A stretch of 64,000 bases of DNA from assembly GCA_964016885.1 (NCBI GenBank), contig OZ024742.1, positions 345,278,001-345,342,000 of the forward strand, read 5' to 3'. This document shows, piece by piece, positions 1 to 13,574 of this stretch (within the stretch, counting starts at the first letter, position 1; each line of letters begins with the position of its first letter). This stretch comes from Eledone cirrhosa. Lineage: Eukaryota. The translations under genes and the position numbers were made by a program. Under the pieces are notes generated by a model, which saw only the letters and a program-made list of their open reading frames with translations, searched no databases and was not told where the DNA came from.

Positions 1-139
1 CTGAAATTCGTTTGTTTGAATTCATATGATTCCAGTTCCTCAGTGAATTAACAATCCAACCAGGAACTGGGCATATCAGAGTATTGACAATATTATACAC
101 CTCAACAACATATGTACTTGTCTATACCATACTAATTCA

Positions 140-194
140 ACTGCCTGAAGAGGTCACAGCCAAAGATCGCTGTCACTGAAATATATATAGCAGT
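140..194 (+). ncRNA. Minimal type I hammerhead ribozyme (PLE pLTR-type)
   Basis: ACTGC-CTGAAGA-G GTCACAGC caaagatc GCTGTCAC T-GAAA-TATATA-TA-GCAGT. Stem I actgc/gcagt, intact core boxes, stem II with one mismatch, palindromic stem III; AATAAA follows directly (195-200). Confidence 0.75.
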
Positions 195-449
195 AATAAA
201 CGAAGCTAAATTTTAAACATTTGACTTTTTATTTAACTTTATTTTATATATATATATATATGTATATATGTAGGTCGAGAGATAAATAATAGGGGAGAGA
301 GGTAGAGGGAAACGAGACAGAGAGAGAGGATGGGAGAGATATAGTGTTGAGAGAGAGACGGGGAGGAGAGTGAGAGAGATTAAAGAAAGAGAGAAATCTG
401 ATGAACGAGAAGCGAAAGAAGAGGAAGAGAGAGGAAATAACCATATTTC

Positions 450-3175
450 TCACACTGTAGTGTCATATCACATTGTAGAGTCATATCACACTGTAGTGTC
501 ATATCACATTGTAGAGTCATATCACACTGTAGAGTCATATCACACTGTAGTGTCATATCACATTGTAGTGTAATATCACATTGTAGTGTCATATCACATT
601 GTAGTGTCATATCACATTGCAGTGTCATATCACATTGTAGTGTCATATCACATTGTAGTGTCATATGACACTGTAGTGTCATATGACACTACAGTGTCAT
701 GTCACATTGTAGTGTCATATGACACTGTAGTGTCATATCACACTGTAGGGTCATATCACACTGTAGGGTCATATCACACTGTAGTGTCATATCACATTAC
801 AGTGTTCATATCACATTGAAGTGTCATATGACACTGTAGTGTCATATCACACTAGAGTGTCATATCACATTGTAGCATCATATCACATTGTAGTGCCATA
901 TGACACTGTAGTGTCATATCACACTGTAATGTCATATCACACTACAGTGTTCATATCACATTGTAGTGTCATATCACATTGTAGTATCATATGACACTGT
1001 AGCATCACATTGTAGTGTAATATAACATTGTAGTGTGATATGACACTGAAGTGTAATATGAGAGTGTAGTCTCATATCGCAGTACAGTGTCATATCACAG
1101 TGTAGTGTCGTATCACATTGTAGTGTCATATGACTCTGTAATGTCAAATGACACTACAATGTGATAAGTCACTACCATGTGATATGACAATATAGTGTGA
1201 TATGACACTACAGTGTCATATCACTCTGTAGTCTCATATCACGCTCCAGTGTCATAACACATTGAAAGTATCACATCACATTGTAGTATCATATCACATT
1301 GTAGTGTCATATCACATTGTAATGTCATATCAGATTGTAGTGTCACATGACACTGTAGTGACATATCACACTACAGTGTCATATGACACTGTAGTGTCAT
1401 ATCACATTGTAGTGGCATATCACATTGTAGTGTCATGTCACATTGTAGTGGCATATCACACTACAGTGTCATATCACACTACAGTGTCATATCACATTGT
1501 AGTGTCGTATCACATTGTAGTGTCATATGACACTGTAGTGTCATATCACACTAGAGTGTCATATCATATTGTAGTGTCATATCACACTGTAGTGTTATAT
1601 GAAACTGTACTGTTATATCACACTACAGAGTCATATCACGTTGTAGTGTCATATCACATTGTAGTGTCATATCACATTGTAGTGTCATATGACACTGTAG
1701 TGTCTTGTGACACTGTAGTGTCATATCACACAACAGTGTCATATCACATTGTAGCATCATATCACATTGTAGTGCCATAAGACACTGTAGTGTCATATCA
1801 CACTGTAGTGTCATATCACACTACAGTGTCCATATCACATTGTAGTGTCATATCACATTGTAGTATCATATGACACTGTAGTATCACATTGTAGTGTCAT
1901 ATCACATTGTAGTATCATATGACACCGTAGTATCACATTGTAGTGTCATATCACATTGTAATGTCATATGACACTGAAGTGTCATATGACAGTGTAGTGT
2001 CATATCGCAGTACAGTGTCATATCACATTGTAGTGTCGTATCACATTGTAGTGTCATATGACTCTGTAATGTCATATGACACTACAATGTGATGTGTCAC
2101 TACAATGTGATATGATAATGTAGTGTGATATGACACTACAGTGACATATCACTCTATAGTCTCATATCACACTGTAGTGTAGTGTCATATCACACTACAG
2201 TGTCATATCAGATTGTAGTGTCTTATCAGATTGTAGTGTCATATCACATTGTAGTGTCATATGACACTGTAGTGTCATATCATGCTCCAGTGTCATAACA
2301 CATTGAAAGTGTCATACCACATTGTAGTATCATATCACATTGTAGTGTCACATGACACTGTAGTGACATATCACACTACAGTGTCATATGACACTGTAGT
2401 GTCATATCACATCGTAGTGACATATCACATTGTAGTGTCATATCACATTGTAGTGGCATATCACACTGTAGTGTCATATCACACTACAGTGTCATATCAC
2501 ACTACAGTGTCATATCACATTGTAGTGACATATCACATTGTAGTGTCATATCACATTGTAGGGTCATATCACATTGCAGTGTCATATGACACTGTAGTGT
2601 CATATCACACTACAGTGTCATATCACATTGTAGTGTCATATGACACTTGCTGTTTTGTGACACTGTAGTGCCATATCACACTACAGTGTCATATCACATT
2701 GTAGCATCATATCACATTGTAGTGCCATAAGACACTGTAGTGTCATATCACACTGTAGTGTCATATCACACTACGGTGTTCATATCGCATTGTAGTATCA
2801 TATGACAGTGTAGTATCACATTGTAGTGTCATATCACATTGTAGTGTCATATCACATTGTAGTTTCATATGACACTGTAGTATCACATTGTAGTGTCACA
2901 TGACACTGAAGTGTCATATGACAGTGTAGTGTCATATCGCAGTAAAGTGTCATATCACACCAGAGTGTCATATCACATTGTAGTGGCATATCACACTGTA
3001 GTGTCATATCACACTACAGTGTCATATCACATTGTAGTGTCATATCACACTACAGTGTCATATCACATTGTAGTGTCATCACACTAGAGTGTCATATCAC
3101 ATTGTAGTGGCATATCACACTGTAGTGTCATATCACACTACAGTGTCATATCACATTGTAGTGTCATATCACATA
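450..3175. repeat. 18-bp minisatellite (TCATATCACATTGTAGTG)n with ~930-bp higher-order period and short internal inversions
   Basis: Unit directly visible. Rare variant CTGAAGTG recurs at ~1046, ~1974 and ~2906. Reverse-oriented units at ~1150-1215 and ~2080-2145. The VVSYHI/CDMTLQ ORFs are translations of this repeat. Confidence 0.95.
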
Positions 3176-3297
3176 GTAGAACTATATTCAGTGGTGTCAA
3201 TGGTGATGTAAACTACTATGCATTACCATAGTGATATGCAAATGAATGCGTATAAACCTCCAGAAATATTCTCCTTTATGTCTTTTTAGAACATCAT

Positions 3298-3690
3298 TGT
3301 GTGTGTGTCTGTGTCTATGTGTGTGTGTGTGTGTGTATGTGTGTGCGTGCGTGAGTATGTGTGTACGTGTGTGTATGCGTGAATATGTGTTATGTGTGTG
3401 CGTGTGTATGAGTGTGTATGTGTGTATACATGTGTATGTCTGTATATGTGTGTGTTTGTATGTGTGTATGTGTATGTCTGTACGTGTGTGTTTGTAGGTG
3501 TGTGTGCATGCGCGTGTTTGCGTGCGTGTGTTAGGTGTGTGTATATGTGTGGGTGTATGTGTGTGTATGTGAGTGTGTGTGTATGTGTGCATATGTGTTG
3601 TGTGTGCGTATGTGTGTGTAAATGTGTATTAGTGTGTATATGTGTGCGTGAGTTTGTATATGTGTATGTGTGTGTGGATAGGTGTGAAGG
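3298..3690. repeat. Degenerate (GT)n microsatellite
   Basis: Direct reading. Confidence 0.95.
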
Positions 3691-3771
3691 AGAGTGCAAT
3701 ATATGCATATGTAGTTGTGGGCTTATTTAAATTTCAGAAATCTCAAATGACGTATATGATTCCAGTGTACT

Positions 3772-3826
3772 GATCATCATCTTTATCATCATCATCATCA
3801 TCTTTATCATCATCATCATCATCTTT

Positions 3827-3882
<56 letters not shown>

Positions 3883-3990
3883 TACCATCTTCATCATCAT
3901 CATCATCACCATCTTCATCATACTCATCACCATCATCATCATCATCTTCATCATCATAGTCAACATCATCATCATCATAATAATAATAAT
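3772..3990. repeat. (CAT)n/(TAA)n microsatellite
   Basis: Direct reading. Confidence 0.95.
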
Positions 3991-4051
3991 TGTTTCTATT
4001 TTTGGCACAAGGCCAGCAAATACTCCAGAGCACTACTGGTGCTTTATTTTT
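3991..4051 (-). mobile_element. SINE 3' fragment (same family as 50485-50865)
   Basis: tgtttctatttttggcacaaggccagcaa...ctactggtgctttatttt is the reverse complement of the SINE tail. Confidence 0.7.
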
Positions 4052-4215
4052 AATCATCATCATCATCATCTTCATCAACATCATCATCACCATTATAAAT
4101 ATTAACCCCAACATCGTCATCATTAACAACAGTAAAAGCAATAAATTCATCTGTCATGTAGGAAATGTAAAATTATCATCTGATATATGTCGTAGTTAGT
4201 ATTATTATTATTATG

Positions 4216-4391
4216 TTGGCAGTATCGGTAGAGCGTCAGACACCATGCTTTGTCTTTCGTGTGTGTAGACACACGATAGACAACAGAGGCCACGTGTTGT
4301 CCCTCTACGGCTAAACATTGCCTCCCAGTTGAATATGCGAAATCCTTACAGGGTCGATAAAATAAGGTACCAGTAATACACTGGATAATTG
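4216..4391 (+). mobile_element. SINE copy whose middle is replaced by ~90 bp of foreign sequence
   Basis: Head ggcagtatcggtagagcgtcagacaccatgcttt and tail atccttacagggtcgataaaataaggtaccagtaatacactgg match the other copies; the B-box region is absent. Confidence 0.7.
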
Positions 4392-5165
4392 GTGGTGGTG
4401 GTGGTGGTGGTGGTGGTGGTGGCGGTGGTGGTGGCGGCTGTGGTGGTGTTGGTGGTGGTGATGGTGGTGGTAGTGGTGGTGGTGGTGATGGTGGTGGTAA
4501 TGGTGGTGGTCGTGGTGGTGGTGGTGGTGATGGTGGTGGTAGTGGTGGTGGTGCTGGTGGTGGTGGTGATGGTGGTGGTAGTGGTGGTGGTGGTGATGGT
4601 GATGGTAGTGGTGGTGGTGCTGGTGGTGGTGGTGCTGGTGGTGGTGGTGGTGGTGGTAGTGTGGTGGCGGTGGTGGTGGTGGTGGTGGTGGTGGTGGTGG
4701 TGGTGATGGTGGTGGTAGTGGTGCTGGTGGTGATGGTGATGGTAGTGGTGGTGGTGCTGGTGGTGGTGGTGCTGGTGGTGGTGGTGGTGGTGGTGGTAGT
4801 GTGGTGGCGGTGGTGGTGGTGGTGGTGGCGGTGGTGATGATGATGATGGTAGTGGTGGTGGTGATGTTGATGATGATGGTGATCGTGATTATGATAATGC
4901 TGGTGGTGATGACGTGGTGATGATGATGGTGATGATTATGTTGATGATGATGATGATGGTGATGATGGTGATGATGATGATGATAACGGTGATGATGGTG
5001 ATGATGACGATTATGATGGTTATAATGACGATGAAGATTGCTATGATGATGATGATGATGTTGATGATGATGATGATGATGATTATGATGATGATGGTGA
5101 TGATGATGGTGATGATGACGATGATGATGATGGTTATGATGATGGTTATGATGATGGTTATGATA
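4391..5165. repeat. (GGT)n grading into (GAT)n microsatellite
   Basis: Direct reading. Confidence 0.95.
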
Positions 5166-5421
5166 TGCTCATGATAACAGGCAATATTTTAGGAGAAGAA
5201 TCAGGTTGTCTCTCCGCTCTACTACCATTCAATTAAGAGGTAGATCTGGACAATAAGTTTCCACTTAGCGTATCAAAACAAAGCCATGGTCTGTTTGTGT
5301 CTGTCTGTCTGTCTGTCCCTCTGTGTGTCTGTCTATCTGTGTGTTTGTCTGTGTGTCTGACACACACATATATATATATATAATATATATGTGTGTGTGT
5401 GTGTATGTGTGTGTGTGTGTC

Positions 5422-5830
5422 TTAGGCCCGAACCAGGTTGAAGGTAGCCGGACATGTCTGAACCCCTCCCCCCCACCGGTGAGTTAGATAGGGGATGCCT
5501 GCCCCTGCATGCGAAGACTGGACCCGGCGGAGTGAGTGGAGGAGGACAACATCGTCCCAACGGTCATGAAAGAGGCGACAGACGTCGTGGCCATCCACTA
5601 CAGCCAAGGAAGTCCCTGGTCGTGACGGTCCTCCGTACCACTGGATTCCGGCTTCTACGGCCGAGTGATTGTGCACTGGCCCTCCCACTATAAACCTTTC
5701 CCTCACATGTTTCTTCTTTAGCGTGCACTCTCAAAGTCCTGCGGCGATGACTCCACAGCCACCTTCGTGCCCACGGCAGACGGGAACTAAATTAAAGAAG
5801 ATGTCATCATTGTTCACGATGCACAACCAA
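5422..5830 (+). mobile_element. Probable RTE-clade LINE 5' UTR fragment
   Basis: GC-rich island with motif gacccggc...ggagga...caacggtc, shared with the element at ~54265-54305. Lies just upstream of an RTE 3' end. Confidence 0.5.
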
Positions 5831-5865
5831 GATATATATATATATTGACATAAATATATTGATGT

Positions 5866-6125
<260 letters not shown>

Positions 6126-6590
6126 AGTAGTACAACGACGATGGTTTGAGGTTTGTAGTATGTCTGAACCTAAATAGTAGAGTGTTAGCCTGGGTAAAAG
6201 TGTTCGACTGTAACATGAATAAGTACTTATTCACGTGCAGTCATAACCAATCAAATTACATTTACAAAAAAACAACGCGAAATATATTATATTTATTCAC
6301 GTGACAACCAAATTACCTTTCTAAAAAAGCTAGAATTTTGAGCCACTTTTTTCCACATCAAACAGAAGTAACATTCGAGCACCAACCAGATGCGAGAAAA
6401 ACCACAAACCCTCCATCTCCATTCTACTTTTGAAAAGCATAAGAACTGTGAAACCGGTAAAGGAAACAAATAAATATTCTTAAAATGATTCCAGTTGCAT
6501 TTTCGATTTCATCTTTTCTCCTTATACTTACTCGTGTAGGACACTTCGTCTTTTTTCATTTAAAAAAAAAACACCTTATTTTCTTATATA

Positions 6591-6620
6591 CTAGCAGCAT
6601 GGCCCGGCGTTACACGGGAT
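6591..6620 (-). mobile_element. Helitron 3' terminus fragment
   Basis: Minus strand reads cccgtgtaacgccggg (hairpin) ...gctgCTAG|T; same terminus type as at 32391. Confidence 0.5.
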
Positions 6621-6807
6621 TCGTTCTAGGTTCTTATATATTTGATATATATTTATTCTTATGGAGCCTCGTGAAATATTTTGTTTATATTGTGTTATTG
6701 TGTATGCAAAAGTATCTGTACACGAATATATAATATATATATATATATATATTTCGTTTCTGAATTTGTTCATCAATTATTGGCAACATGACCCTCCCAA
6801 AGTATAA

Positions 6808-7050
6808 CAACAGAGGAGACTGAGGTTAGCTGGACATGCTCACCGACATCCAGAGTTGACATTGCACTCAGTGCTCCTTTGGGAGCCCCTACATGGACAC
6901 ACTAGAAGAGGAAGACCAAGGTTAACGTATGTTAATGCCCTAAGGACAGACACTGGTCTGTTGGAGACGCAGGACATGGCAGCGATAATGTGGGACAGAG
7001 ACCGCTGGAGAGAACTCGACCATGGATCCCGGGAATTTTACCCGCCTTAG
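6808..7050 (+). mobile_element. RTE-clade LINE 3' end (ORF C-terminus), 5'-truncated
   Basis: QRRLRLAGHAHRHPE...VLLWEPLHGHTRRGRPRLTY...DRDRWR is a typical RTE C-terminal signature. Confidence 0.8.
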
Positions 7051-7069
7051 ATAGAGATAGATAGATATA

Positions 7070-8958
7070 GTAATAATAATAAATTTGAAGACTAAAATCC
7101 AAAGAGGGCTCGATAAGGATAAATATATATCAAATATATAAGAACCGTAGAGCAAATATTTATTAAAATAACAGATTAAAGTTTAAGCAAAGAATCGCTG
7201 ATTTCACCCTTAACGGATCTTCTGAAACTAACAAAGTCAATCTGTAAACGCAGAAGTGGATATTTCAAAAAACGTTGCAACCGGAGGAAGATAGGAAGAC
7301 GATACTTTGGTTCGTGGAAACGTTCCCTGGCAAAGAACGGGAAAAAACGAATATAATACGTCATTAATAGGAGCGGTGAAAAACAATTACGCGCAAAGAC
7401 AGAACCACGTTTATGGTATAAAAGAAGTCGTAGACTAATGTTCTCTTAGGTGGTTCATAGAGACGTTCTCTGGCAATGAACGGAAAAAACGAAGATAATA
7501 TGTCATATGTGGAGCGTGGAGAACAATTGCACGCAAAGACAAAATCACGTAAATTGTATAGCTGAAATCGTAGACTAAAATTCTAACTAGGAAACCGAAT
7601 TAATCTCCGCTTCAGAGTTAAGAATAAAGTAAATAAAATACAATACAGAGGTAATAGGAATTAAATAAATACAGACACGCATGCAAATACGTACATACAC
7701 GAGCATACGCGAAAACACTTGCCATAGGTATACAAAACCACGCACATATAAATATGTGTGTGTGTGCGTGTATACAAATAAATAAATAATTAAATAAGCG
7801 TATATAAATAAATAAATACGTATATAACAAGCGCACACACATACCTACATTTAAATAAACAAATGTTCGGAGACGTAGGCCAATCAAAACATGAAGTACA
7901 CATATACACACACCCTACATACGTACGAACCTGCATACTCACACAGGCGCAAAACTCCCGTATACACATAACCAAACCATATGTACCAGAATATATAAAA
8001 AATTGTACGCCATAACATATACAATCAAATATACGTACGAGAAAGTATACGTACCTTCACAAAACATACAGGTAATATATACTTACTTATGCAAATAAGT
8101 AATGGTATAAACAAAACATATACTTAGCTACCACATCAAAACGTAAAATATCCACGTATAGATCGTACTACCCGTTAGGGTATAACGTGGGGCTCTAATA
8201 CAGGAAAGTTTTGTGCAATTTATTTTTACAAGCCGAAATTGCCTCAGATTTTTTGTTTAAGATGTGGTCTGTGGCGTAGAGTATTTCCAGGGCCTCCGCG
8301 GCGCAGAGGTCACATGATCTTTTATTTCCGTTATACGATCTAGCCCTAGCTAGGATCTCCCTGTGTAACTTATATTGGGTGTGGTTGTCTTTTAGACTCC
8401 AGGTATAAGCTGAAAGTGACATCATATTCCTTCTTAGAGGGTAACGAAAAGAATGGGTATGCATGTAAAGACGCAGCTTGAATCTATTGGCGGTTAACCC
8501 TATGTAGGCCCTACGGGACGTGGGTGTTTCAACCTTACATTTGAAGACAATGTTACTAGCGAGGCATTTCCCGGATAGGGGGCAATCAACCCGATTCCTA
8601 CAATTACAGTTAGTACTAACTACAGGGTTGCACGTGTTCCTACGGCTAGGTAGTTTAGCTAAATTTAGAGAACGTCTCTATGAGAACATTAGTCTACGAC
8701 TTCTTTTATACCATAAACGTGGTTCTGTCTTTGCGCGTAATTGTTTTTCACCGCTCCTATTAATGACGTATTATATTCGTTTTTTCCCGTTCTTTGCCAG
8801 GGAACGTTTCCACAAACCAAAGTATCGTCTTCCTGTCTTCCTCCGGTTGCAACTTTTTTTGAAATGTACACTTCTGCGTTTACAGATTGACTTTGTTAGT
8901 TTCAGAAGATCCGTTAAGGGTGAAAGCAGCTATTCTTTGCTTAAACTTTAATCTGTTA

Positions 8959-8965
<7 letters not shown>
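7070..8965 (-). mobile_element. 5'-truncated Penelope-like element with inverted pLTR arms (~7160-7445 / ~8683-8965)
   Basis: Minus-strand GIY-YIG remnant, long 3' UTR, inverted terminal copy and (TA)n flank. Confidence 0.85.
8195..8640 (-). pseudogene. PLE GIY-YIG endonuclease domain fragment
   Basis: CNCRNRVDCPLSGKCLASNIVFKC...AYIGLTANRFKLRLYMHTHSF...CDLCAAEALEI...LNKKSEAISAC. Confidence 0.85.
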
Positions 8966-9035
<70 letters not shown>

Positions 9036-9042
<7 letters not shown>

Positions 9043-9580
9043 TAACAGATTAAAGTTTAAGCAAAGAATCGCTGCTTTCACCCTTAACGGAATCTTTTGA
9101 AACTAAAAAGAATCAATCTGTGAACGCAGAAGTAAATATTCCGAAAAACGTTACACACTATATATATATATATACACACACACTATATATACATATATAC
9201 ACAAACACACACACACATATAGCGTCATAATATCATAATGAAGACAGCCAGATCTACAGACAGATATTATGAGGGTGCAGCGTTATATCTATGTATCTAT
9301 TTAAAAAGAAAGACTAAGAATTATAGAGAGAGAGAAATAAATCGCCTAATGCGATCCCTAGGGCATTGAAAATTTGAAATTTATTTTGCTCAAAACACTT
9401 ACAGGACCATAAGTATTACATGTACAAAGTTTTAAAAAAGGGTGAAAGCAGCGATCCTTTGCTTAAACTTTAATCTGATATTTTAATAAATATTTGCTCT
9501 ATGCTTCTTATATATTTCATATATATTTTTCATTATCGAGCCCTCTTTGGATTTTAGTTTTCACATTTATTATCATTACT
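9036..9580. mobile_element. Fold-back remnant of the same PLE pLTR family (arms ~9036-9155 and ~9438-9580)
   Basis: attaaaataacagattaaagtttaagcaaagaatcgc and its reverse complement, followed by the 90-bp tail. Confidence 0.75.
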
Positions 9581-9683
9581 ATAGATACATATATGTGTGT
9601 ATGTGTCTGTGTGTGTGTGTGTAAATATACATATATTTTCTATATATGTATATAATCCTTATCGAGCCCTCTTCGGATTTTAT

Positions 9684-9716
<33 letters not shown>

Positions 9717-10231
9717 GTAATAATAATAATAATAATAATAAATGGGAAGACTAAAATCCAAAGAGAGCTCGATAAGGATAGGATATATATATATATCAAT
9801 AGATAGATAAATATATCTTCATCATCATCGCCCACTTATTTTTTGGATGTCATGCTGTCAGATCCCTTGGGCACTCCTCCTAGAGAATCTAATTAAAAGC
9901 AACTGTCTCCAAATGATCCCGCAGTGGTCCGGAATCCTCTTCTTTGATAAATACAAACACCATTCTCAACGAACCTATTTCAATCATCTTTATAACTATA
10001 TGAAAAGTTTATAGTCGATGGCTCAGTATTGAAGCAGTCTAATTACTGAAACATGTAAAATAATAAAAGGTGGTATCATCCATTCGAGAATGCAAAAATC
10101 GACTGAAAATTCATTCTAGATAGCTTAAAGAATTTGTGAGTTATTGAAGCGCTAGACTTGAAATGTCAAAATATGTGAGTATCCTAAACAAAGAAATCAA
10201 CTGTTATTAGCGTCGAGCATTATAAAAAAAA

Positions 10232-10418
10232 TGTTCTGCTTTTGGCACAAGGCCAGCATTTATCCCAGTGCATTACTGGTACTTCATGTTATCGACCCCC
10301 GTAAGGATGAAAGGCAAAGTTAACCTCGATGGTATTTGAACTTAGACCGTAAAGGGACGTAACAATGCTGGAAAGCATGGCGTCCAACCCTCTACCGATA
10401 CTACCAATTCACCGCCCT
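10232..10418 (-). mobile_element. tRNA-derived SINE (Nin-domain-like, octopod-type)
   Basis: Reverse complement has an A-box-like head, B-box GTTCAAATACC and ctttgcctttcatccttacggggg tcgataa. Confidence 0.85.
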
Positions 10419-10986
10419 CCGCCCAATCCACCGACCGGTATAAATAATTCCTGGGAGTATCGGGTAAAATATGTAGGTAGGCTTAACGTCCTTAGGCTCA
10501 CTATGAATGAGTGTTGCTAGTACTGTGAAATCTTGCATGCAATAGATTCAACTCTTCGTATTAATAATTGTATTGTTTCTTTCCAGGGACTGTGTTAGAA
10601 AATAAACTCCATTTGGTCATTCTATGAGAATATCTTGGTCAGCCTATGAACCTTTCAGCCTATGAACTTTTAAGTTGACTCTCGTATTTTTATTTTACGT
10701 CATCCTTTTAATCTTGGTTTTATCTGAAAATCCTGAAAAATATACTTGAACTCTTGACACAATGGACCCCACACACAATAAATCAAGGGAAAATCTCACA
10801 ACATTCCTTAAAACGCCATCTCACCAAAAACAATTCTTCAGGATTGAAAAACATTTTGGCTTTTATTTCTGTATTTGTCTTTGTAATTTCAGTAGAACTT
10901 TCAATCAACTTAAATCAATTTTAACTAATTTTGACTATTTTTATAAACCCTGAAAATAACTTGACAGAATAGAACACCATGTAATT

Positions 10987-11280
10987 ACACACACAAACAC
11001 ACACACACACATACACACACACACACACTCACACTCACACACACACACATACTCAGACACACACACCCCCACACACCCACACACACACAAACACACACAC
11101 ACACACACACACACAACCCCACACGCACACACATACTCACACACACACACATACTCACACACACACACACATACTCACACACACACACATATACTCACAC
11201 ACACACATACTCACACACATACTCACACACATACGTACTCTCACACACACACACTCTCACACACACACACACACGCATAC
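10987..11280. repeat. (CA)n microsatellite
   Basis: Direct reading. Confidence 0.95.
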
Positions 11281-11520
11281 AGAGAGAGAGTAACACGCCT
11301 CTAGACGAAAGACAATGTTATTATCTTCCTAAAAACGTCACCTCCCCAAAACACAAATCTTCATGATTGAAAGAGAAGAAATGGCATCTGGACCCTAATT
11401 CCGAAACAGAAAAAGAACTTTCTATTTCCTATCAAGAGAATATTTTACAGCAAATCAATTGAATCCTTGTCAGTTGAACCCCGTTTCTACCTTCATCACC
11501 CCACCTCCATAAAGATCTTA

Positions 11521-11931
11521 TAGAGGGTGTCCCCCAAAAAAACTGTATATCCCAAAACTTTTTAAAAAATGCATTAAATAAATTCTGTTTTATATGTTTT
11601 ATTGGATTGGCAGTATCGGTAGAGGGTCTGACGCCATGCTTTGCAGCAAAGAGTTACATCTGTTTACAGTCTGAGTTCAAATCCCGCCGAGGTTAACTTT
11701 GCCTTTCATCCTTACGGGATCGATAAAAGTACCAGTAATGCACTGGGTATTTGCTGGCCTTGTACCAAAAGTAGAAACCATTATTTAAATTCTGTAAACA
11801 TTTTTTGGGCGTTTACATACAATTGAATTACGTCTGTAGATTATTTTATTTTTGGGAAAGGCTGTGAATTCTAATAAATAAGCATGTATAGGTAATCGAA
11901 ATGTGTAGACATTTGTTTGAGACACCCTGTA
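11521..11931. mobile_element. Tc1/mariner-type MITE interrupted by a SINE
   Basis: Ends TA-gagggtgtccc ... gagacaccctg-TA form imperfect TIRs with TA flanks. Confidence 0.5.
11601..11785 (+). mobile_element. tRNA-derived SINE
   Basis: ggattggcagtatcggtag...gagttcaaatcccgccgaggttaactttgcctttcatcc...gtagaaacca. Confidence 0.88.
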
Positions 11932-12315
11932 TATAAGAAGAAATTTCGGGAGAAAATTCTCACTTTCTAACTGCTTACAGAATATGAGAATAAACTTTTT
12001 AAATATTTGATAAGATTGATAAACAAATTCAAACAGGTAATATTTAATAAAAAAAATTTAATCCATTTAATGTAGCAATTATAAAAATATTTATTCTGTC
12101 GGATTAAATAAAAATAATCTTTAAATATAGCACTGTGATTTTGAACCTTTATTTTTTACACACACATACACACACACACGCACAGATACAGACACACATA
12201 CACACACACACGCACAGATACAGACACACATACACACAAACGCATATATATATATATGTATATATATACACATGCTTCTGATTAGTGAAAGGAATTCCTG
12301 TGAGTATAAACATTA

Positions 12316-12379
<64 letters not shown>

Positions 12380-12631
12380 TCCCTCTCTCTCTCACATACA
12401 CACACACACACCCACTGTATAATTTTGATACTTTTAATGAATCCATCAGATCAGATTAAATAAATTACCTTCTTACTGATCTGATTTTCATAAATAATTC
12501 TCAATTCAATATCATATTAAAAAGATCCCATTATGATCAAATATCGATAAGTGATTGAAATTTTATTATTTTTGTTATCTTCATTACAACAATACTTATA
12601 CGATCTAGATTAAACACAATTCTACAGTTGG

Positions 12632-12683
<52 letters not shown>

Positions 12684-12685
<2 letters not shown>

Positions 12686-13516
12686 GACGACCTACGTAGG
12701 AAATCGTATTATCATGAGCTCCGTAAAGGTTTGTTGTTTTCAGTTGTTTCAAATTGCCAGTTATGGAAAATGTTTGTTGTTAAGTGTTTATAAGTTCAGA
12801 TATATTGCTTCTGAAAAGGACACAAAACATATTGGGGCCTTGAGCCCAAAACTTAAACATTTTATTTATCAAACAAATTATTTCTTTGAAAAAAAAAACA
12901 TGGACGACAAATTTACTGTTTTTAACAGACCAACACCGCCCCTCCCCCACCACTACCAACACCATTGTAAGCCTTGCTACGGTTCCCAACACTGAAAATA
13001 TAATAGCAGTCTGAATTATTTAGAATTGCCGCATAAAGACATGGATTTCCCGCCATTAACAATAACTGCAGGTGTTAAAGCCGCCACCCCCACCACCACA
13101 ATGTCAAAAAGAACAACAAACACCACTGATACCACCACCACCAACACCACCACCACCACCACTACAGCGACAACAGAAACCCCAACAAATAAATTATTAT
13201 CTCGTGATATCGAAATTGATTCACCTAGAATCGACTCTTCCACGCCAAACACCACTGACACCACCACCACCTCCACCAGAACAGAAACTCAAAATAACAA
13301 TAACAACAACTGCAACAACAACAACGAGAATAACTACAACAACATCAACACCAACGCAAAACATAATGTGTCATTTTCCAAAGCAGCCAAGAAAAGCGAA
13401 ATAATCGAGGTAAGCCAGGATGAATTAAATGAAGCCAAGCGAATGGTAAAACAAGATGGGTACAGGGTCATATGTCTCTTTAAGTCTATGATGGCCATGT
13501 TAACGTTGTTTATAAT

Positions 13517-13520
<4 letters not shown>
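12684..13520 (+). mobile_element. Tx1/L1-type element 5' UTR plus ORF1 N-terminus, 3'-truncated
   Basis: SFSKAAKKSEIIEVSQDEL resembles SFAGVARNIEIVLVTEEEM of the Tx1 derivative at ~30.3 kb; both have a similar gggcc-tt-gcccaa UTR motif; flanked by (TTA)n and (TAA)n. Confidence 0.55.

Positions 13521-13574
<54 letters not shown>

Noticed and set aside
370-3087. Repetitive ORFs (VVSYHI)n and (CDMTLQ)n as a structural protein, or the array as CRISPR
   Set aside because: They are translations of an 18-bp satellite with frameshifts and inversions. There are no unique spacers and no cas genes.
3197-5174. Poly-V, poly-M, poly-D, HT- and CV-rich ORFs (and similar ones at 36.2, 48.7 and 62.7 kb)
   Set aside because: Microsatellite translations.
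10015-10068. HHR-like CAGT..ACT-GAAA-CATG-TA followed by AATAAA
   Set aside because: No recognisable CUGANGA box; only the 3' half fits.
11601-11690. tRNA genes at GTTCAAATCCC B-box motifs
   Set aside because: These are SINE heads continuing into a shared body and tail; no cloverleaf.
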